IMG/VR virus record: IMGVR_UViG_3300025127_000012
Source of the DNA: a virus
Direction: 5' to 3' (one strand)
DNA: 64,000 nt
Shown here: piece by piece, positions 43,263 to 54,520 of the stretch
Layout of the letters: each line of letters begins with the position of its first letter
Position numbering within the stretch: the first letter of the stretch is position 1
Notes under the pieces: model-generated
Seen by the model: only the letters and a program-made list of their open reading frames with translations
The model's database searches: none
Told to the model about the DNA's origin: nothing
Position numbers and translations under genes: made by a program

Positions 43263-44480
43263 CTATTTAGATTTGACAGACTTTCTGAACTCAGCAAACT
43301 TCTTGGTTGCTTGCCCAGGAGTCATCGCCTGTACTGCCTGTCTATATTTATCTGTTCCTATCTTCCAATCGTTACCTGACCCATCATCCGCACTGTAATT
43401 ACTCTGATCATTCCTGTGAATGTGACCTTCCTTTGTTACTCCTGCTTTGGATCTTTCTCTCTCTGCTACTGACTTGATAAGCATCTTCAATACTGCACGC
43501 TTACCATATGGATTACTCTTACGTCCTAGTGGTACACCCTTATCCTTTTTAGGATTCTTCATTGCTATCTCTGTAATATCTCCCAACCATGCCTTGAACT
43601 CATCACCGTGCTCATCTTTAAATATGACATGATTAGTTCCTCTGTGTACTATGTGACCTCTAATACCTGTGTTGTCATGCTCTATGAGTGTACCAGTATC
43701 AAATATTTCACCTTGAATATAGTGTTCTCTCAAATCTTCTAGTGCCAACTTAGGAGAAAACTCCCATGTTTCCTTGACTGTCTTTTCCTTTGTACCTGTT
43801 GCTGTACTCAACTTCGCCTTTGCTTTCTTCGCTGCCTTTGCTGCCTTTTCTTTTGGTGTCATCCCTGCTGCAACGTCTGCCATCATCTGCTTACTGTTCT
43901 TATACCCACCAGTGCCTGCATGGAATGCTTCGTGGTCTCCCTTTGTAGCATGCTTACGCAAAGCACTTGCACTAAGTCTCTCCAAAGGATCCTCAGACTT
44001 AGGATCACGCTTACCAGCAGACTTAACATTAATACTCTTGAAGTCATAGTGCACTCCATTGTATTTCTTGGTAAGTTTATCAAATTCTTTGACTCTATCG
44101 TCACCAACTACCATGGTTACATGCTCATGACCTTCATCGTTAAGGTCTTTCATGATGTCAAATATATTTCTATGTGCTTCGCTGTTCTGAATCTTGTCTT
44201 TATGGTCTTTAAACATCGCACGCATGTGCTTTATCTTCTGGTCTGCTGACAGTGGGTTCTTCTTATTGTCTTGCGTTCTACTAGGATAGATCCTGTAATT
44301 ACCTGTGTCTCCACCATATGATTTCACTGCGTCCATCATCTTACCATGTCCTGCATGAGGAGGATTGAACCGTCCAAAGGTAAATGCGACGTGCTTATCC
44401 TGCACCTCTTGCTTTTTAGCAGAGGATGTAGGTTTCTTCTTAGGCGTTTCTGCCTCTATGATGAACTGACGAAATCTCAT
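43263..44480 (-). CDS. HxGH nucleotidyltransferase (cytidylyltransferase/NMNAT-like)
   Basis: FTFGRFNPPHAGH, KNPL, MVVGDDRV, SASALR; N-terminus MRFRQFIIE. Confidence 0.85.
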   Translation of the reverse strand: MRFRQFIIEAETPKKKPTSSAKKQEVQDKHVAFTFGRFNPPHAGHGKMMDAVKSYGGDTGNYRIYPSRTQDNKKNPLSADQKIKHMRAMFKDHKDKIQNSEAHRNIFDIMKDLNDEGHEHVTMVVGDDRVKEFDKLTKKYNGVHYDFKSINVKSAGKRDPKSEDPLERLSASALRKHATKGDHEAFHAGTGGYKNSKQMMADVAAGMTPKEKAAKAAKKAKAKLSTATGTKEKTVKETWEFSPKLALEDLREHYIQGEIFDTGTLIEHDNTGIRGHIVHRGTNHVIFKDEHGDEFKAWLGDITEIAMKNPKKDKGVPLGRKSNPYGKRAVLKMLIKSVAERERSKAGVTKEGHIHRNDQSNYSADDGSGNDWKIGTDKYRQAVQAMTPGQATKKFAEFRKSVKSK

Positions 44481-45670
44481 TTAGACCAATTCTTTGCCAC
44501 AGTAAAGTTTGCACGAGAGAATTCAAGTCTGTCAACTAATTTGACTGCTGAACCATCTTTGATAGCAACAAATCCTTCTGGACTTGTAACTCGGTATCCA
44601 TCCTCGTCTTCAAGGAACGTGCCGACACCTTCTATCTTCTTCAATTTATTTATAATCTTAACCTTTGCCTTCATCAACAGTTTGAATCCAGTAAGGGCAG
44701 AGAAAATGACACTCTTGTTACTATTTAGATAAGTTAGGTTCTCTTGCTTCTGTTTTCTCCATGTTTCTTTTCCCTTCTCACTCTTTTTCTTATCAATTTC
44801 TTTACCAAATTCTTTCTCAACATAGTATATGTAACCCTTTGCCATCTTCTCTGCACTGTCGGGGATACTATTCTGTCTGACTAAGATGTTTATATACTTC
44901 TTGAACATAGCAGCATAACTAAATGGTTTTGTACCACCACCTATTGCATTTAAGAATGTCTTAGAGCGTAGTAGATTAGTCTTTGCCATTCTAATATCAT
45001 TCTTTACACTTGATAGTTCTGTTGGTGTTAAGTTTGCAACTCCATTTACATTAGAGAATGCAGACGAGAACACTGCTACAAGTTTGTTGTTCTGCATACC
45101 TGATACATCTACACCAAATCCTGCTGTCATAGTGCTGACACTGGTGCCAGTATATCTTGTATGAAATACTATACCTATGTCAGATTGTCCTACCTTCTTT
45201 CCCATTTCTGTATTCTTTTCTACACAGTATGTGATAGTGTTAGGTTTAAACTTATAGCATACCTTACCACCCATGGTAACAACAGGAGGTGTCTCTGTAT
45301 AGAGAAGGTCACCTTGTATCACACCCTTGATATTCAACTGTGATAGGTGATCAAATGCTTTCTTTAACTTATCATTTAACTCACCTTCATAGAAAGAATC
45401 AATGTCATCATGTGAGTAACATATCTTTGGATTGTTCTTATTAAATACAGACTTAGTTCCTACAAAGAATAGATCAGACTCAGGATCTATGCCACATATA
45501 ACAGCAGGAGCACCATCCCACTTAACTGTTACCTTTGTATTGTTACCACCTTTACCAGTGGTCAACATATCTACAAGTGAGTTTAAGAAGTTGATGCCAT
45601 TCAATGCACCAGAATATCCATCATTAAATATATCATCTTCCAAATGTTCGAGGTGTGTATTCTTGCTCAT
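44477..45670 (-). CDS. DUF6267-type protein with ligase-like motifs
   Basis: KNTHLEHLED; KWDG (motif I), QGD (III), EGFV (IV), KLVDR (V). Confidence 0.75.
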   Translation of the reverse strand: MSKNTHLEHLEDDIFNDGYSGALNGINFLNSLVDMLTTGKGGNNTKVTVKWDGAPAVICGIDPESDLFFVGTKSVFNKNNPKICYSHDDIDSFYEGELNDKLKKAFDHLSQLNIKGVIQGDLLYTETPPVVTMGGKVCYKFKPNTITYCVEKNTEMGKKVGQSDIGIVFHTRYTGTSVSTMTAGFGVDVSGMQNNKLVAVFSSAFSNVNGVANLTPTELSSVKNDIRMAKTNLLRSKTFLNAIGGGTKPFSYAAMFKKYINILVRQNSIPDSAEKMAKGYIYYVEKEFGKEIDKKKSEKGKETWRKQKQENLTYLNSNKSVIFSALTGFKLLMKAKVKIINKLKKIEGVGTFLEDEDGYRVTSPEGFVAIKDGSAVKLVDRLEFSRANFTVAKNWSK

Positions 45671-46980
45671 GGTTGTACTCCGACTGTCTCTCTGTATGGT
45701 CTGCTCTTAGATGACTTGTTACGCAAGTAGAAGTTTGCGTTGTTTGGTATTTTATTATATAGATCATTCGACATAAAGAACTCAGGGTTTCCTTTATTAA
45801 GTTTAAATTTGTAGAAAGATACTTGCTTCATTACAACATCAACAATGATGTCACGATAGTTCCACAACTTCTCTCCCTTGGTCATTTTCTCCAATGCTGT
45901 TTGACAAGTTAGACTTACGACTCCTAACGGACCATCTGTAAAGTCTGGTTGTTCCCAGTAATCTATACCTTCATTATAATATACAGACATAACCTTTGTC
46001 CACTGTGGTTGGTACACTAATACATCTGGCACAGCGTTGTCTGGTATCATCCCTTCTATGTTCCAGTCTAACCCTGCCTGTTTAAGTTTCATCTGCACTT
46101 GTGGGAACCTCTTATATGCTTCTTTGAATGCATAGATTGGTCCTAGTTTGATACTATTCTCTGCTAATACTTTTAGTATCTCATAATTATCTTCACCTTT
46201 ATATGCTCCTTTCAAATCACCCATCAATTCTATTATATCTTTTGGTTTGACTGTGTTAGTAACACCAGTTGCTTTCTTAACTGAAAACTTATACTCTCTA
46301 CCATCCTTACCATACAGTGCAAAGTCCATCAATGGTTCGTTACCTCTCTTGGGTACATATATCATTGTGTTTTCTTTGGTCAAACCTTTGAATCCCATCT
46401 TCTCTAACTCTCTTTGACCTCTTTCTAGTACACATAGAGGTGCCATGATCTCAGAGAAGTCTGCTTCAATCTCACTGATCACACCCGCATACTTAGTGTC
46501 CATAAGGTTCTCATATGTCTTCTTTAAATTCTGGTGATCCTTATGTTCATAACAATACTTCACCAATGCTTTTAGATATGCTCTTATAACCAAGGGAACA
46601 TCGTCTCTCTCACCTAGTGCTGACATCACACCGTTGTAATACTTGTTGAATGACACTTTCTTATCCAGTGGCATAGCAAAGTCTTGTGGTTTTAAATTCT
46701 GTTTTAATATCTGACCTGGTTTTGCACCAAGTTGTCCTAACGATACAAAACCTTCGAGAGATTTCATGTTCTCTGCGAAGGTTATATGTACTCTGGATGG
46801 TTGACCAGTTAGTATCGGTGTTGTAGTTATCTCGTGTCCTTTTTTAAGAAGAGTTACAGTCTCATTACCTTTCTCTTTTTTATATACAGGTAAGTCTCTC
46901 TTTATTTGACAGGCAAATCCCTCCTTGTAATACCAAGAATACTTCTGCCATCCTGCTGCTGATGTTAGTGTCGTTGCCAT
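45667..46980 (-). CDS. Hypothetical protein, PD-(D/E)xK nuclease-like
   Basis: FSEIMAP...P...NEPLMDF......FSVK pattern; late-like GATAAATA upstream. Confidence 0.55.
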   Translation of the reverse strand: MATTLTSAAGWQKYSWYYKEGFACQIKRDLPVYKKEKGNETVTLLKKGHEITTTPILTGQPSRVHITFAENMKSLEGFVSLGQLGAKPGQILKQNLKPQDFAMPLDKKVSFNKYYNGVMSALGERDDVPLVIRAYLKALVKYCYEHKDHQNLKKTYENLMDTKYAGVISEIEADFSEIMAPLCVLERGQRELEKMGFKGLTKENTMIYVPKRGNEPLMDFALYGKDGREYKFSVKKATGVTNTVKPKDIIELMGDLKGAYKGEDNYEILKVLAENSIKLGPIYAFKEAYKRFPQVQMKLKQAGLDWNIEGMIPDNAVPDVLVYQPQWTKVMSVYYNEGIDYWEQPDFTDGPLGVVSLTCQTALEKMTKGEKLWNYRDIIVDVVMKQVSFYKFKLNKGNPEFFMSNDLYNKIPNNANFYLRNKSSKSRPYRETVGVQP

Positions 46981-46991
46981 GACACTATTTA

Positions 46992-47123
46992 TCAGTCAGA
47001 CTTTAATGGGTACCAACCTTCTTTGATTTCCTCTTGAACGTCTTGCTCATGATCGTAATCATCATGCATGACCTCTCTGAGTACCCTTTCTTCTGGGTCT
47101 AGTTTTCCATGTTTAGATGTCAT
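46992..47123 (-). CDS. Small hypothetical protein (43 aa)
   Basis: Hand-translated MTSKHGKLDPEERVLREVMHDDY... Confidence 0.5.
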   Translation of the reverse strand: MTSKHGKLDPEERVLREVMHDDYDHEQDVQEEIKEGWYPLKSD

Positions 47124-47757
47124 CGGGTGCTCTGTTTTCTGAATCGCTTACGTTGAACTCTCCACCACTATAACGCTTTGCAAGTTTAAGTGTGTTCACA
47201 TAGATTATATCATCTAGTCTTTGACCAAGTGCCATGGATGCTTGTGCAGCATACCACATGATGTCACCTAGTTCTTTGATTAGATGTTCCTTGTTTGCTT
47301 CGTCCCATGGTTTACCCTGGAACTTCATCTTCTTAACTATTTCCATGAACTCACCCGCCTCAGCAGAGAGACCATTAGCAGCAGTATCTAGAAGAGAAAT
47401 GTTACAACCAAGTTCGTTTAAATCATTCAACCTTTTTATATATGCTGCGTGATCTTTTGAGAAATTACTACATGTATTCTCACAAAATTCAAGGTATTTG
47501 TCTAGGTCAACTGCAAACTTTTCTTGATCTTCTTTTGCTTTCTGTTTCTCCTTGACCTCCTCTGCTGCTCTCCATGCAGTAAACCCTTTCTTATTAATAA
47601 ACTCTTCGGGTGTGGTAGGTGTGTCCTCTGCAACCTTCTTGGCATTGTCAGACATACCCTCCTTCACATCTTGCATGTGATTCATGACATTCTCTGCTGC
47701 CTTTGATGCTTTGTCAGCACTATTGTAATCGACGTTTACGTCTTCTCTTTTAGTCAT
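47113..47757 (-). CDS. mazG: MazG-like NTP pyrophosphatase with N-terminal extension
   Basis: GLSAEAGEFMEIVKK, ELGDIMWY, N..KL.KRY; downstream of gp41. Confidence 0.9.
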   Translation of the reverse strand: MTKREDVNVDYNSADKASKAAENVMNHMQDVKEGMSDNAKKVAEDTPTTPEEFINKKGFTAWRAAEEVKEKQKAKEDQEKFAVDLDKYLEFCENTCSNFSKDHAAYIKRLNDLNELGCNISLLDTAANGLSAEAGEFMEIVKKMKFQGKPWDEANKEHLIKELGDIMWYAAQASMALGQRLDDIIYVNTLKLAKRYSGGEFNVSDSENRAPDDI

Positions 47758-49136
47758 ATTTTAAAACCGTCAAATTTGTTTTGAGTTTTGAGTTCAAGGA
47801 AGTTGTCTTTGAGGGTGTCCCCTGCATCAACAATATCCTCTTGTGCTTTCTGATCACAATCATACAACCTCATCTTCGCTCTGTCAATACCGACAATGAA
47901 ACGTTTGTGTATGGTAGGGTCATTATATCTATTCTTCAACTGCTTGACCATAATCTGTCCTAGTTGTTCTAACTCTTCGGTAGAAATAAGAGCAAACATA
48001 AGGTCAGCAGTTGCAGGGAGACCGAAAGACTCACTTGTGTCAGTAAGACTAACGTCACTACTCCCATAACCCGCACGAGTAGTCTGAGTAGCAGTGACGA
48101 TTGGTACATTGCATTCAACTGCAAGACCACGAAGTTCTTCTGCAATCGCTTTAACAAAAGTGTATGAGTTTACGATGGTTCCTTTATATCTAGCACTCGC
48201 ACAGATGTTTAGATAATCAATGAACACAATGTCAGGTTGGAATCCCTTCTTCATAGACAACTCATTCAATAATGATTTGAAATGATTTACATGTGCTGAT
48301 GCTGTTGGGTATTCTTTTATAATTATCCTACCTTGTGTCTTCTTATTTAATACATCTACTTTATTTCTAAACTGTTGCTTACTAAACAGAGGGTCACTTA
48401 ACTGTTTGATCGGGACGTCGAGGAGGTTGCTGTCAATTCGTTCAGCAATTTTCTCTTCTGCCATTTCAAGTGTAATATAGAGAACGTTCCTCCCCTGCAT
48501 GAGACAGGAACTAGCGACGTGGCACATGAATAGAGACTTCCCGACACCTGTACCAGCAAGTGCGACATTGAGAGTCTTGCTAGGTAAACCACCTTTTGTA
48601 ATCTTGTTGAAGTATTCAAGATCGAATGGAATTTTGTCTTCTTTTTTGTGATAGAAGTCGTACCTTTCATCTGCGTCCTGTATGTAATCATGCCCTACTG
48701 TTTCATCAAAACATGTGCCTAGTGCTTCCGACATTATGTGTGGAATGGCATCCTTTTGACGTGTCTTATCCTGACCGTCAGCAATCTTAATGCTATCCAT
48801 TAGAGCAAGATAGATAGCACGTTCTTTACACCACTTCTCTGTGGTCTCTACTAACCAGTCATCATTATATTGTTGATTGTCAATGTTTTCGTCAAGAAAC
48901 TTCTCAATCTCTGTTACAATCTCCTGACTAAGATCTTTCCTCTTATCTATCTCAATTTTTAAGGCATTGATCTCAGGTACTTGATCGTACTTTGTGAAGT
49001 AATCATTTATCTCACCGAACAGTGTCTTCATGTCCAGTGTTTCAAAGTAATCTTCCTTTATAAAAGGTAATACTTTGCGTGTGTATTCCTCACTGGTAAT
49101 GAGTTTACTGATCGCAATAGTTTCTATGCTTGGCAT
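47754..49136 (-). CDS. gp41: Replicative helicase gp41
   Basis: LAGTGVGKS, YITLEMAEE.IAERID, IDYLNIC, IAEELRGLA, SESFGLPATAD, KQLKNRY. Confidence 0.97.
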   Translation of the reverse strand: MPSIETIAISKLITSEEYTRKVLPFIKEDYFETLDMKTLFGEINDYFTKYDQVPEINALKIEIDKRKDLSQEIVTEIEKFLDENIDNQQYNDDWLVETTEKWCKERAIYLALMDSIKIADGQDKTRQKDAIPHIMSEALGTCFDETVGHDYIQDADERYDFYHKKEDKIPFDLEYFNKITKGGLPSKTLNVALAGTGVGKSLFMCHVASSCLMQGRNVLYITLEMAEEKIAERIDSNLLDVPIKQLSDPLFSKQQFRNKVDVLNKKTQGRIIIKEYPTASAHVNHFKSLLNELSMKKGFQPDIVFIDYLNICASARYKGTIVNSYTFVKAIAEELRGLAVECNVPIVTATQTTRAGYGSSDVSLTDTSESFGLPATADLMFALISTEELEQLGQIMVKQLKNRYNDPTIHKRFIVGIDRAKMRLYDCDQKAQEDIVDAGDTLKDNFLELKTQNKFDGFKI

Positions 49137-49702
49137 TAAACGTAATGTAAATAGGTTCCAATAATGTATTTGTCCTCAGTTATAGGTGCTGCTCCTGCGT
49201 GTGGGAACATCCACATAGGAGGAAATGCTAGGCATCTACCTTGAACTGGTTTGATCGAGCGATGCTCGAACTTTGTTTCACCACCTTTCTCTACATCATT
49301 TAAGTAGAAAAACATTGCGAGAAATCTACGAGCAGATGCATGGTCTCCCACGTCTGCATGCTCATCAAATCTGTCATTCTGATCTACCTGATAGTGTTTC
49401 AGTCTGACTTGTTCCAAAGCATTTGAGTATGGCCATTGCTGTTGGCAACCGACCTCTTCCATATATCTGTTAGATATATCTTTGACTGCTTGGATGACTT
49501 GATTGTGTATGATATTCCAGACATCATCATCTGGAAGATCTTTGTTCTCTGCGTGGTCAGTAATATTGAACTCATTGAACTGAGGACGACCACCACGATC
49601 CCACCTCGTCATTTCAACATTCTTACATGCAGATAAGATATTGCGACATAGATTTACATCAAGTGCATTATCGTATACTTTGATGTACTTGTCAAGATCC
49701 AT
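49136..49702 (-). CDS. 2OG-Fe(II) oxygenase (prolyl-4-hydroxylase-like)
   Basis: F.EHADV, R.LA.FFYLNDV..GGET.F, FPP.W.FPH.G, KYI.GTY; start set at 49702. Confidence 0.9.
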   Translation of the reverse strand: MDLDKYIKVYDNALDVNLCRNILSACKNVEMTRWDRGGRPQFNEFNITDHAENKDLPDDDVWNIIHNQVIQAVKDISNRYMEEVGCQQQWPYSNALEQVRLKHYQVDQNDRFDEHADVGDHASARRFLAMFFYLNDVEKGGETKFEHRSIKPVQGRCLAFPPMWMFPHAGAAPITEDKYIIGTYLHYV

Positions 49703-50705
49703 AGGTAAATTCTTTTTGTGCTGCTTCATCTAACTTCTCCATTACTTCTTCTGTGAAGTACTTGTTAGGATCGGCAAGGACAGACTTAGCAAAAACATTA
49801 GATTCACCAATGCGATAACGAGTCCCGATCCTCTCGAAGACTCCATGTTTCTCACCCAGTTCCAATAGTCCGTAATACTTGTCCAATCCACGTTCATCAT
49901 AAAATAAACGTGTTTCAATTTTAACATTCTCCTTTGTGAAACGAGACTTCTTAGTCTCGCATTTGATTATATTACCAATCACTTCTTTACCATCCTTCTC
50001 TTTCGACTTAGAGAGATAGATGATTGTACTTGCTGCATATTTAAGACCACTTCCACCACCCATTTCTTTCATGGGAACGTAAGATCCAACCACGTCATAG
50101 GTGTGGTTAGTAACTAACATAGGTACGTTTGCTTTACCTAGTTTCAGTGTCAGAACTCGGAAGATAGACTTGACAACCTGTGCTCTTGTCATGTCTCTTG
50201 TGTCTTTACCTTGTTCAGTATCGTCGACCTCCTTAGAGGTAGAAAGCATACCCAAAGAATCAAGACAGAACATTAGAGGTTTCCTTTCCTCTTCCTTCTG
50301 TGCCAAGTATTTATCAATAATCTTGATTGCTTGTTGTCTAAACTCCTGTACTGTGACCACAGGAACTATAATCATACGGTTAGAATCTATACCTCTGGAC
50401 TCAATCATATCCTTAGAGATGGCAGACTCTGACTCAAAGTATACAACTCCTGCATCAGGGTTTGACTCTAAGAAATGCTTGACAACACTCAGACAAAAGA
50501 ATGTCTTACCTGTACTAGACTCTCCTGCAATAGCAGTGATCTTATTAGAAGGTAGACCACCAAAGATAGAACCAGAAACTACTGCATTGAACACATAACT
50601 TCCTGTGTCAATAAAAGACTGTACGTCTCCTGCTGATACACCGTCACTAACGATGCCTGCATACTCATTACCAATATCTTTTACGATATCTTTTAGAAAA
50701 CTCAT
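49692..50705 (-). CDS. uvsX: RecA-like recombinase UvsX
   Basis: [35 protein letters not shown]. Confidence 0.96.
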   Translation of the reverse strand: MSFLKDIVKDIGNEYAGIVSDGVSAGDVQSFIDTGSYVFNAVVSGSIFGGLPSNKITAIAGESSTGKTFFCLSVVKHFLESNPDAGVVYFESESAISKDMIESRGIDSNRMIIVPVVTVQEFRQQAIKIIDKYLAQKEEERKPLMFCLDSLGMLSTSKEVDDTEQGKDTRDMTRAQVVKSIFRVLTLKLGKANVPMLVTNHTYDVVGSYVPMKEMGGGSGLKYAASTIIYLSKSKEKDGKEVIGNIIKCETKKSRFTKENVKIETRLFYDERGLDKYYGLLELGEKHGVFERIGTRYRIGESNVFAKSVLADPNKYFTEEVMEKLDEAAQKEFTYGS

Positions 50706-53188
50706 GCGAATAAAAACTCCAATGTGTTACGTTTAACTGGTTCCCAACCTATGACGTCAAGAACAAACTTGACTGGACTTAGGAAACCTTTTTCAAATTG
50801 CATATCCCAATCGATAGCACCGTGTATGTCAAATTCCTTTGGCATAGTCTGGAAGAATGACATAACATTCTCACCAGTTTTGTTTGGCATTTGTAAATAG
50901 ACAAACTTGATCTTCTCACCCTCTTGAATCAGAGGATACTTGTGTTCTAGTTTCATCCTTTTGACATAATAATTATACATCAAAGAACCACGAACGTGCA
51001 TGGGGCAACCCTTACCATAGATGGTTCTTGGAGACGAAAATTTACCTATGTTGTTACAACTTCTAGGAAATGCTACGTCTTCGAGAGGCATCTTCTCAAA
51101 CTCTTTTCTGAACTTAGCAACGTACGTCTGAACTTCTTCTTCTGTACCACTCATGATCAGTTTAAGTGCTTCTTTAATGGCAGTTCGGCATGGTGCAGGA
51201 GTCGATGACTTGACTGCTTCAATACCGTTGATCTTTAACTTAGGTTCAGCAAATCTTACACCCTCAATGTCCCATGCGTTGAGGATATATCTCTTCTTGG
51301 CAGTCCATACACCACGATCAGCGATGGTCTCCCTCTTCATGATCATTTTCTGTTCGTAAGCGTTAGTGTACCGTGCCAGTTTTTCGTAAGTACGCGAAAT
51401 AAAAGGTTCAAGTTCCACTTCACAGACCTTGTTAAGGAACCCAACAATGCTTTCATTAGTCTTTTCTCTGCCCTCGTATACACGTTCCACCAGAGGACCC
51501 AGATGGAGGTAGATACTATCAGTATCACTAGCAATAACATAATCATCATTTGTCTTTAATATTTTACCAAGGTATGCATTTACTTTGTCCGCAACCCAGC
51601 GAATCGCAACCTGACCAGAGAGTGTGATTGCCTCAGCGTTTGCCAGATTGTAGTATCGGAAGTATTGGTTTCCGATTGCACCATAGGCACTGTTGAGTTG
51701 AATCTTTCGTGCCATCTGAATGTTATTGAATCGTGCGATATCTTTTTCGAGTGCCACGGTTGGTGCTGTTTCATACTCTTGTTTTGCTCTAAGCATTTTA
51801 GATTTGTAGATCTTACGTTCATCGTAGATCCTTTGCATCATCTCTGGTAAGAACCCATGAATGTCTTTTCTATACTGTGCACCGTTGGCACATACAGCAT
51901 AGTCACCATCAAGGTTTATATCCTCTTGAAGTATAGCCTCGATACTAACCGTTGGGTGTTTTCTTTCTGCTAACGTCTCGGGAGAAATGTTGTACTGCAT
52001 TATTAGATGTGGGTACAGACTGTTAAGGTCAAAAGAGACCACCCAGTCATACATCCCAGGCACAGGTTCTTTGACGTATGCACCCGCATACTGGTCATTC
52101 TTCTGTGTATCTACCTTGGGAGGAACTACAATGTTTCTCTTAGATAGATCGTTGTATATGAGAGTATCCCACATACGAACCTGTGAATATACATCAGTAA
52201 GATTAACCTTAGCATCATAAGATAAAGTCAATGCCAACTCAATGAGTTTCATCTTGTCTTCCAGACGGTCAACAAGTTCAACGTCCTTTATATTATACTC
52301 GACAAACTTCTGCCAGTTCTGAGAATAGAATGCTTTAAAGTTCTCGAACTCAGAGTGATCAAGTTTCTTCTCACCTAGTTCAACAAATGCAATGTGATCT
52401 AAGCGATAGGATTCCTTCGCTGAGTATGTAAACTTCTGATAGAGATCATAATAATCAAGTGTAGCAATGCCACGAATGTCATAAGCAATTTGTTTACGAC
52501 CCTTGATGAAGACTTCACGTTCAAGAACACCGTTCCATGGTGAAAGTGACTTCTTCCACTTCTCTCCTAGCACTCTGTCTAATCTACGACATAAGTATGG
52601 AATATCATATAGTTGACAGTTCCATCCAGTAATAACGTCAGGTGTATTTTCACACCACCATGTATGGAAATCTTCTAGCATCGCTTGTTCAGTCCAGAAC
52701 GTACGATACTCAGTCCCATTAGGTATGAACTCCCTAGTTCCCCATGTAATTATCTTCTTAGACATGATGTCTTTGATAGTAATACACAGCATTTCCTCAG
52801 CACATGCTTCTACTGAGGGGAATCCATTGTCGCATGCAACCTCGATATCAATAGCATATATCTTCATCACATCCATATCAAATTCCACTGTGTTAGGGAA
52901 CTTCTGTGCGATGAATTGGTATGCAAATCTATCATACCCATGAACTTCTAGTCCATCTACATTCTTATACTTGTCAATGAACCCTCTTGCTTCACGAGCA
53001 CCATCAAATTTCTTTGGGTGTGCGTATCTACCGTCAAGTGTTTTCCAACTTGACTTCTTAGATTGTTCTCTTGGTACAAAATATAGAGTAGGACGTGACT
53101 TTTCACGATACTGAACGTGCCTCCCATCTTCATACCCTCGATAGAGGATATCATCACCAAGGAGTAACACGTCAGTGTAGAAATTCAT
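50702..53188 (-). CDS. gp43: Family B DNA polymerase gp43
   Basis: DIEV Exo [32 protein letters not shown]; unsplit, no intein. Confidence 0.98.
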   Translation of the reverse strand: MNFYTDVLLLGDDILYRGYEDGRHVQYREKSRPTLYFVPREQSKKSSWKTLDGRYAHPKKFDGAREARGFIDKYKNVDGLEVHGYDRFAYQFIAQKFPNTVEFDMDVMKIYAIDIEVACDNGFPSVEACAEEMLCITIKDIMSKKIITWGTREFIPNGTEYRTFWTEQAMLEDFHTWWCENTPDVITGWNCQLYDIPYLCRRLDRVLGEKWKKSLSPWNGVLEREVFIKGRKQIAYDIRGIATLDYYDLYQKFTYSAKESYRLDHIAFVELGEKKLDHSEFENFKAFYSQNWQKFVEYNIKDVELVDRLEDKMKLIELALTLSYDAKVNLTDVYSQVRMWDTLIYNDLSKRNIVVPPKVDTQKNDQYAGAYVKEPVPGMYDWVVSFDLNSLYPHLIMQYNISPETLAERKHPTVSIEAILQEDINLDGDYAVCANGAQYRKDIHGFLPEMMQRIYDERKIYKSKMLRAKQEYETAPTVALEKDIARFNNIQMARKIQLNSAYGAIGNQYFRYYNLANAEAITLSGQVAIRWVADKVNAYLGKILKTNDDYVIASDTDSIYLHLGPLVERVYEGREKTNESIVGFLNKVCEVELEPFISRTYEKLARYTNAYEQKMIMKRETIADRGVWTAKKRYILNAWDIEGVRFAEPKLKINGIEAVKSSTPAPCRTAIKEALKLIMSGTEEEVQTYVAKFRKEFEKMPLEDVAFPRSCNNIGKFSSPRTIYGKGCPMHVRGSLMYNYYVKRMKLEHKYPLIQEGEKIKFVYLQMPNKTGENVMSFFQTMPKEFDIHGAIDWDMQFEKGFLSPVKFVLDVIGWEPVKRNTLEFLFA

Positions 53189-53457
53189 TAAGGGGTGTTG
53201 TTTGCTGCTTTAATGTCACCTGTACTGGTAACGTAAGTTGCCAATAAAGTGCTGGATGGATCTATTATAGTAAAGACTACATCAGAAGTCAAGAACAGAT
53301 CACGTTGGTCTGTAAACTTAGGGTATTTCTCGATGTCTTTCTCGTCTCTGACTTGATAAACATTCTCTATGAGTAACGATGGTTCCTCATCTAGTTCTGT
53401 TATCTTTCCAATAAGATACTTATTGATGTCTGCTTTAAGCAGGATTAGTTTTACCAT
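53188..53457 (-). CDS. Conserved hypothetical protein
   Basis: LI..I.E.DEEP..L..N.Y; usual position upstream of gp43. Confidence 0.7.
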   Translation of the reverse strand: MVKLILLKADINKYLIGKITELDEEPSLLIENVYQVRDEKDIEKYPKFTDQRDLFLTSDVVFTIIDPSSTLLATYVTSTGDIKAANNTP

Positions 53458-53776
53458 GATCTAGTAATTGATTGTACTTTTCTACGAGATTATCTGATGG
53501 TTTGTAGATAAACATCACAGATGGGAGAGGTAGGAAGATGTGCTCCTCTGCTGAAAAAGGTACATAAACTGTGAACTCTACATCTAAATGTGTAAAGTCT
53601 GTTATCGCTGTTTCTGTATCAGTTTCAAACGTAACCTCGGGAGGTTGTTGAATTGTAACGGTGTATGGTTGCGTAAGTTTATAAGCAAGTGCAGGACCGT
53701 CGTTAGATTCACGAACTTCCTTGACGTCAGCGATTACGTCTTCTCCGTTTATCATTCTTACGACTCTTGCGCTCAT
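53435..53776 (-). CDS. Conserved hypothetical protein (Sm-like)
   Basis: M.NGEDVIADV.E...Y.L..PY...VP.S. Confidence 0.75.
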   Translation of the reverse strand: MSARVVRMINGEDVIADVKEVRESNDGPALAYKLTQPYTVTIQQPPEVTFETDTETAITDFTHLDVEFTVYVPFSAEEHIFLPLPSVMFIYKPSDNLVEKYNQLLDHGKTNPA

Positions 53777-53969
53777 AATCTTTCTCCATAAGGGTGTCAA
53801 ATGTATATCTTAGCATATCATTGAACGCTCGTCTAGCGGATATGTTCTTTTCGTCAGATAAGGTATACACATATTGCATAAAGTGTTCCGTCATGTCAGG
53901 CGGAACGTCCATAGTTACTGAGTCACTCTTCTGTGTATATGCAGGACACAGATTGACATACATGTTCAT
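53727..53969 (-). CDS. Hypothetical protein
   Basis: ORF track; start set at 53969. Confidence 0.6.
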   Translation of the reverse strand: MNMYVNLCPAYTQKSDSVTMDVPPDMTEHFMQYVYTLSDEKNISARRAFNDMLRYTFDTLMEKDYERKSRKNDKRRRRNR

Positions 53970-53982
53970 AAAATTCTCCAAT

Positions 53983-54008
53983 AGAAAAGAGACCACTGGG
54001 GGTCTCTT
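53983..54008 (-). terminator. Terminator after hsp20
   Basis: Minus AAGAGACC-CCCAGT-GGTCTCTT-TTCT. Confidence 0.7.
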
Positions 54009-54027
54009 CGGTTGTCTATTATATAGA

Positions 54028-54471
54028 CTACTTTATGTCATAGACTTTTCGTTTCTGACTCTCTGGAACTATCTTCTTTAATTTGATAGTAAGTAATCCA
54101 TCTTTGAAGGTTACATCACCGACTTCTACATCATCTGCAATGTTGAATCTCTTTGAGAATCCTCTCTGTGCGATACCACGGTGGAAATACTCACCCTGTT
54201 CATCAGGTTCCCAACGATCATCATTGTATTTTGATTGGACTAAAAGAACATTAGTCTCGGTGCTAATTTCTATTTCCTCTTTTCCAAATCCAGCGAGTGC
54301 TACGTCTATGCGCCACTCTGTCTCTTGTTCTTTGACTATATTATATGGTGGATACTTATCTCTTGGTGTAGTGTGTATCCTGTTGAATAGATCATCAAAT
54401 CCAACGCTGTAAGTCATCGCAGCGTCAAAAAGTTTGTCCATATCTTTGGACGAGAAGTTAAATGTTCTCAT
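54028..54471 (-). CDS. hsp20: Small heat-shock protein
   Basis: YPPYNI, ALAGF.KEEI, HRGIA.R.F...F, DGLL.I.L.K.VPE. Confidence 0.95.
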   Translation of the reverse strand: MRTFNFSSKDMDKLFDAAMTYSVGFDDLFNRIHTTPRDKYPPYNIVKEQETEWRIDVALAGFGKEEIEISTETNVLLVQSKYNDDRWEPDEQGEYFHRGIAQRGFSKRFNIADDVEVGDVTFKDGLLTIKLKKIVPESQKRKVYDIK

Positions 54472-54520
54472 GGTTCTCCTTAGTAAGCGAGTTTGTTTGT
54501 AGTCCCCGAAGGCAACTACC
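54469..54520 (-). promoter_or_regulatory. ROSE-like RNA thermometer in hsp20 5' UTR
   Basis: C(UUCG)G hairpin, then CUCGCUU-ACU-AAGGAG pairing a U(U/C)GCU motif with the SD. Confidence 0.65.

Noticed and set aside
27619-53188. Introns, inteins or homing endonucleases in psbA, nrdA, nrdB, gp41, uvsX or gp43
   Set aside because: All are continuous and of normal length, with no intein or LAGLIDADG/HNH/GIY-YIG motifs seen.
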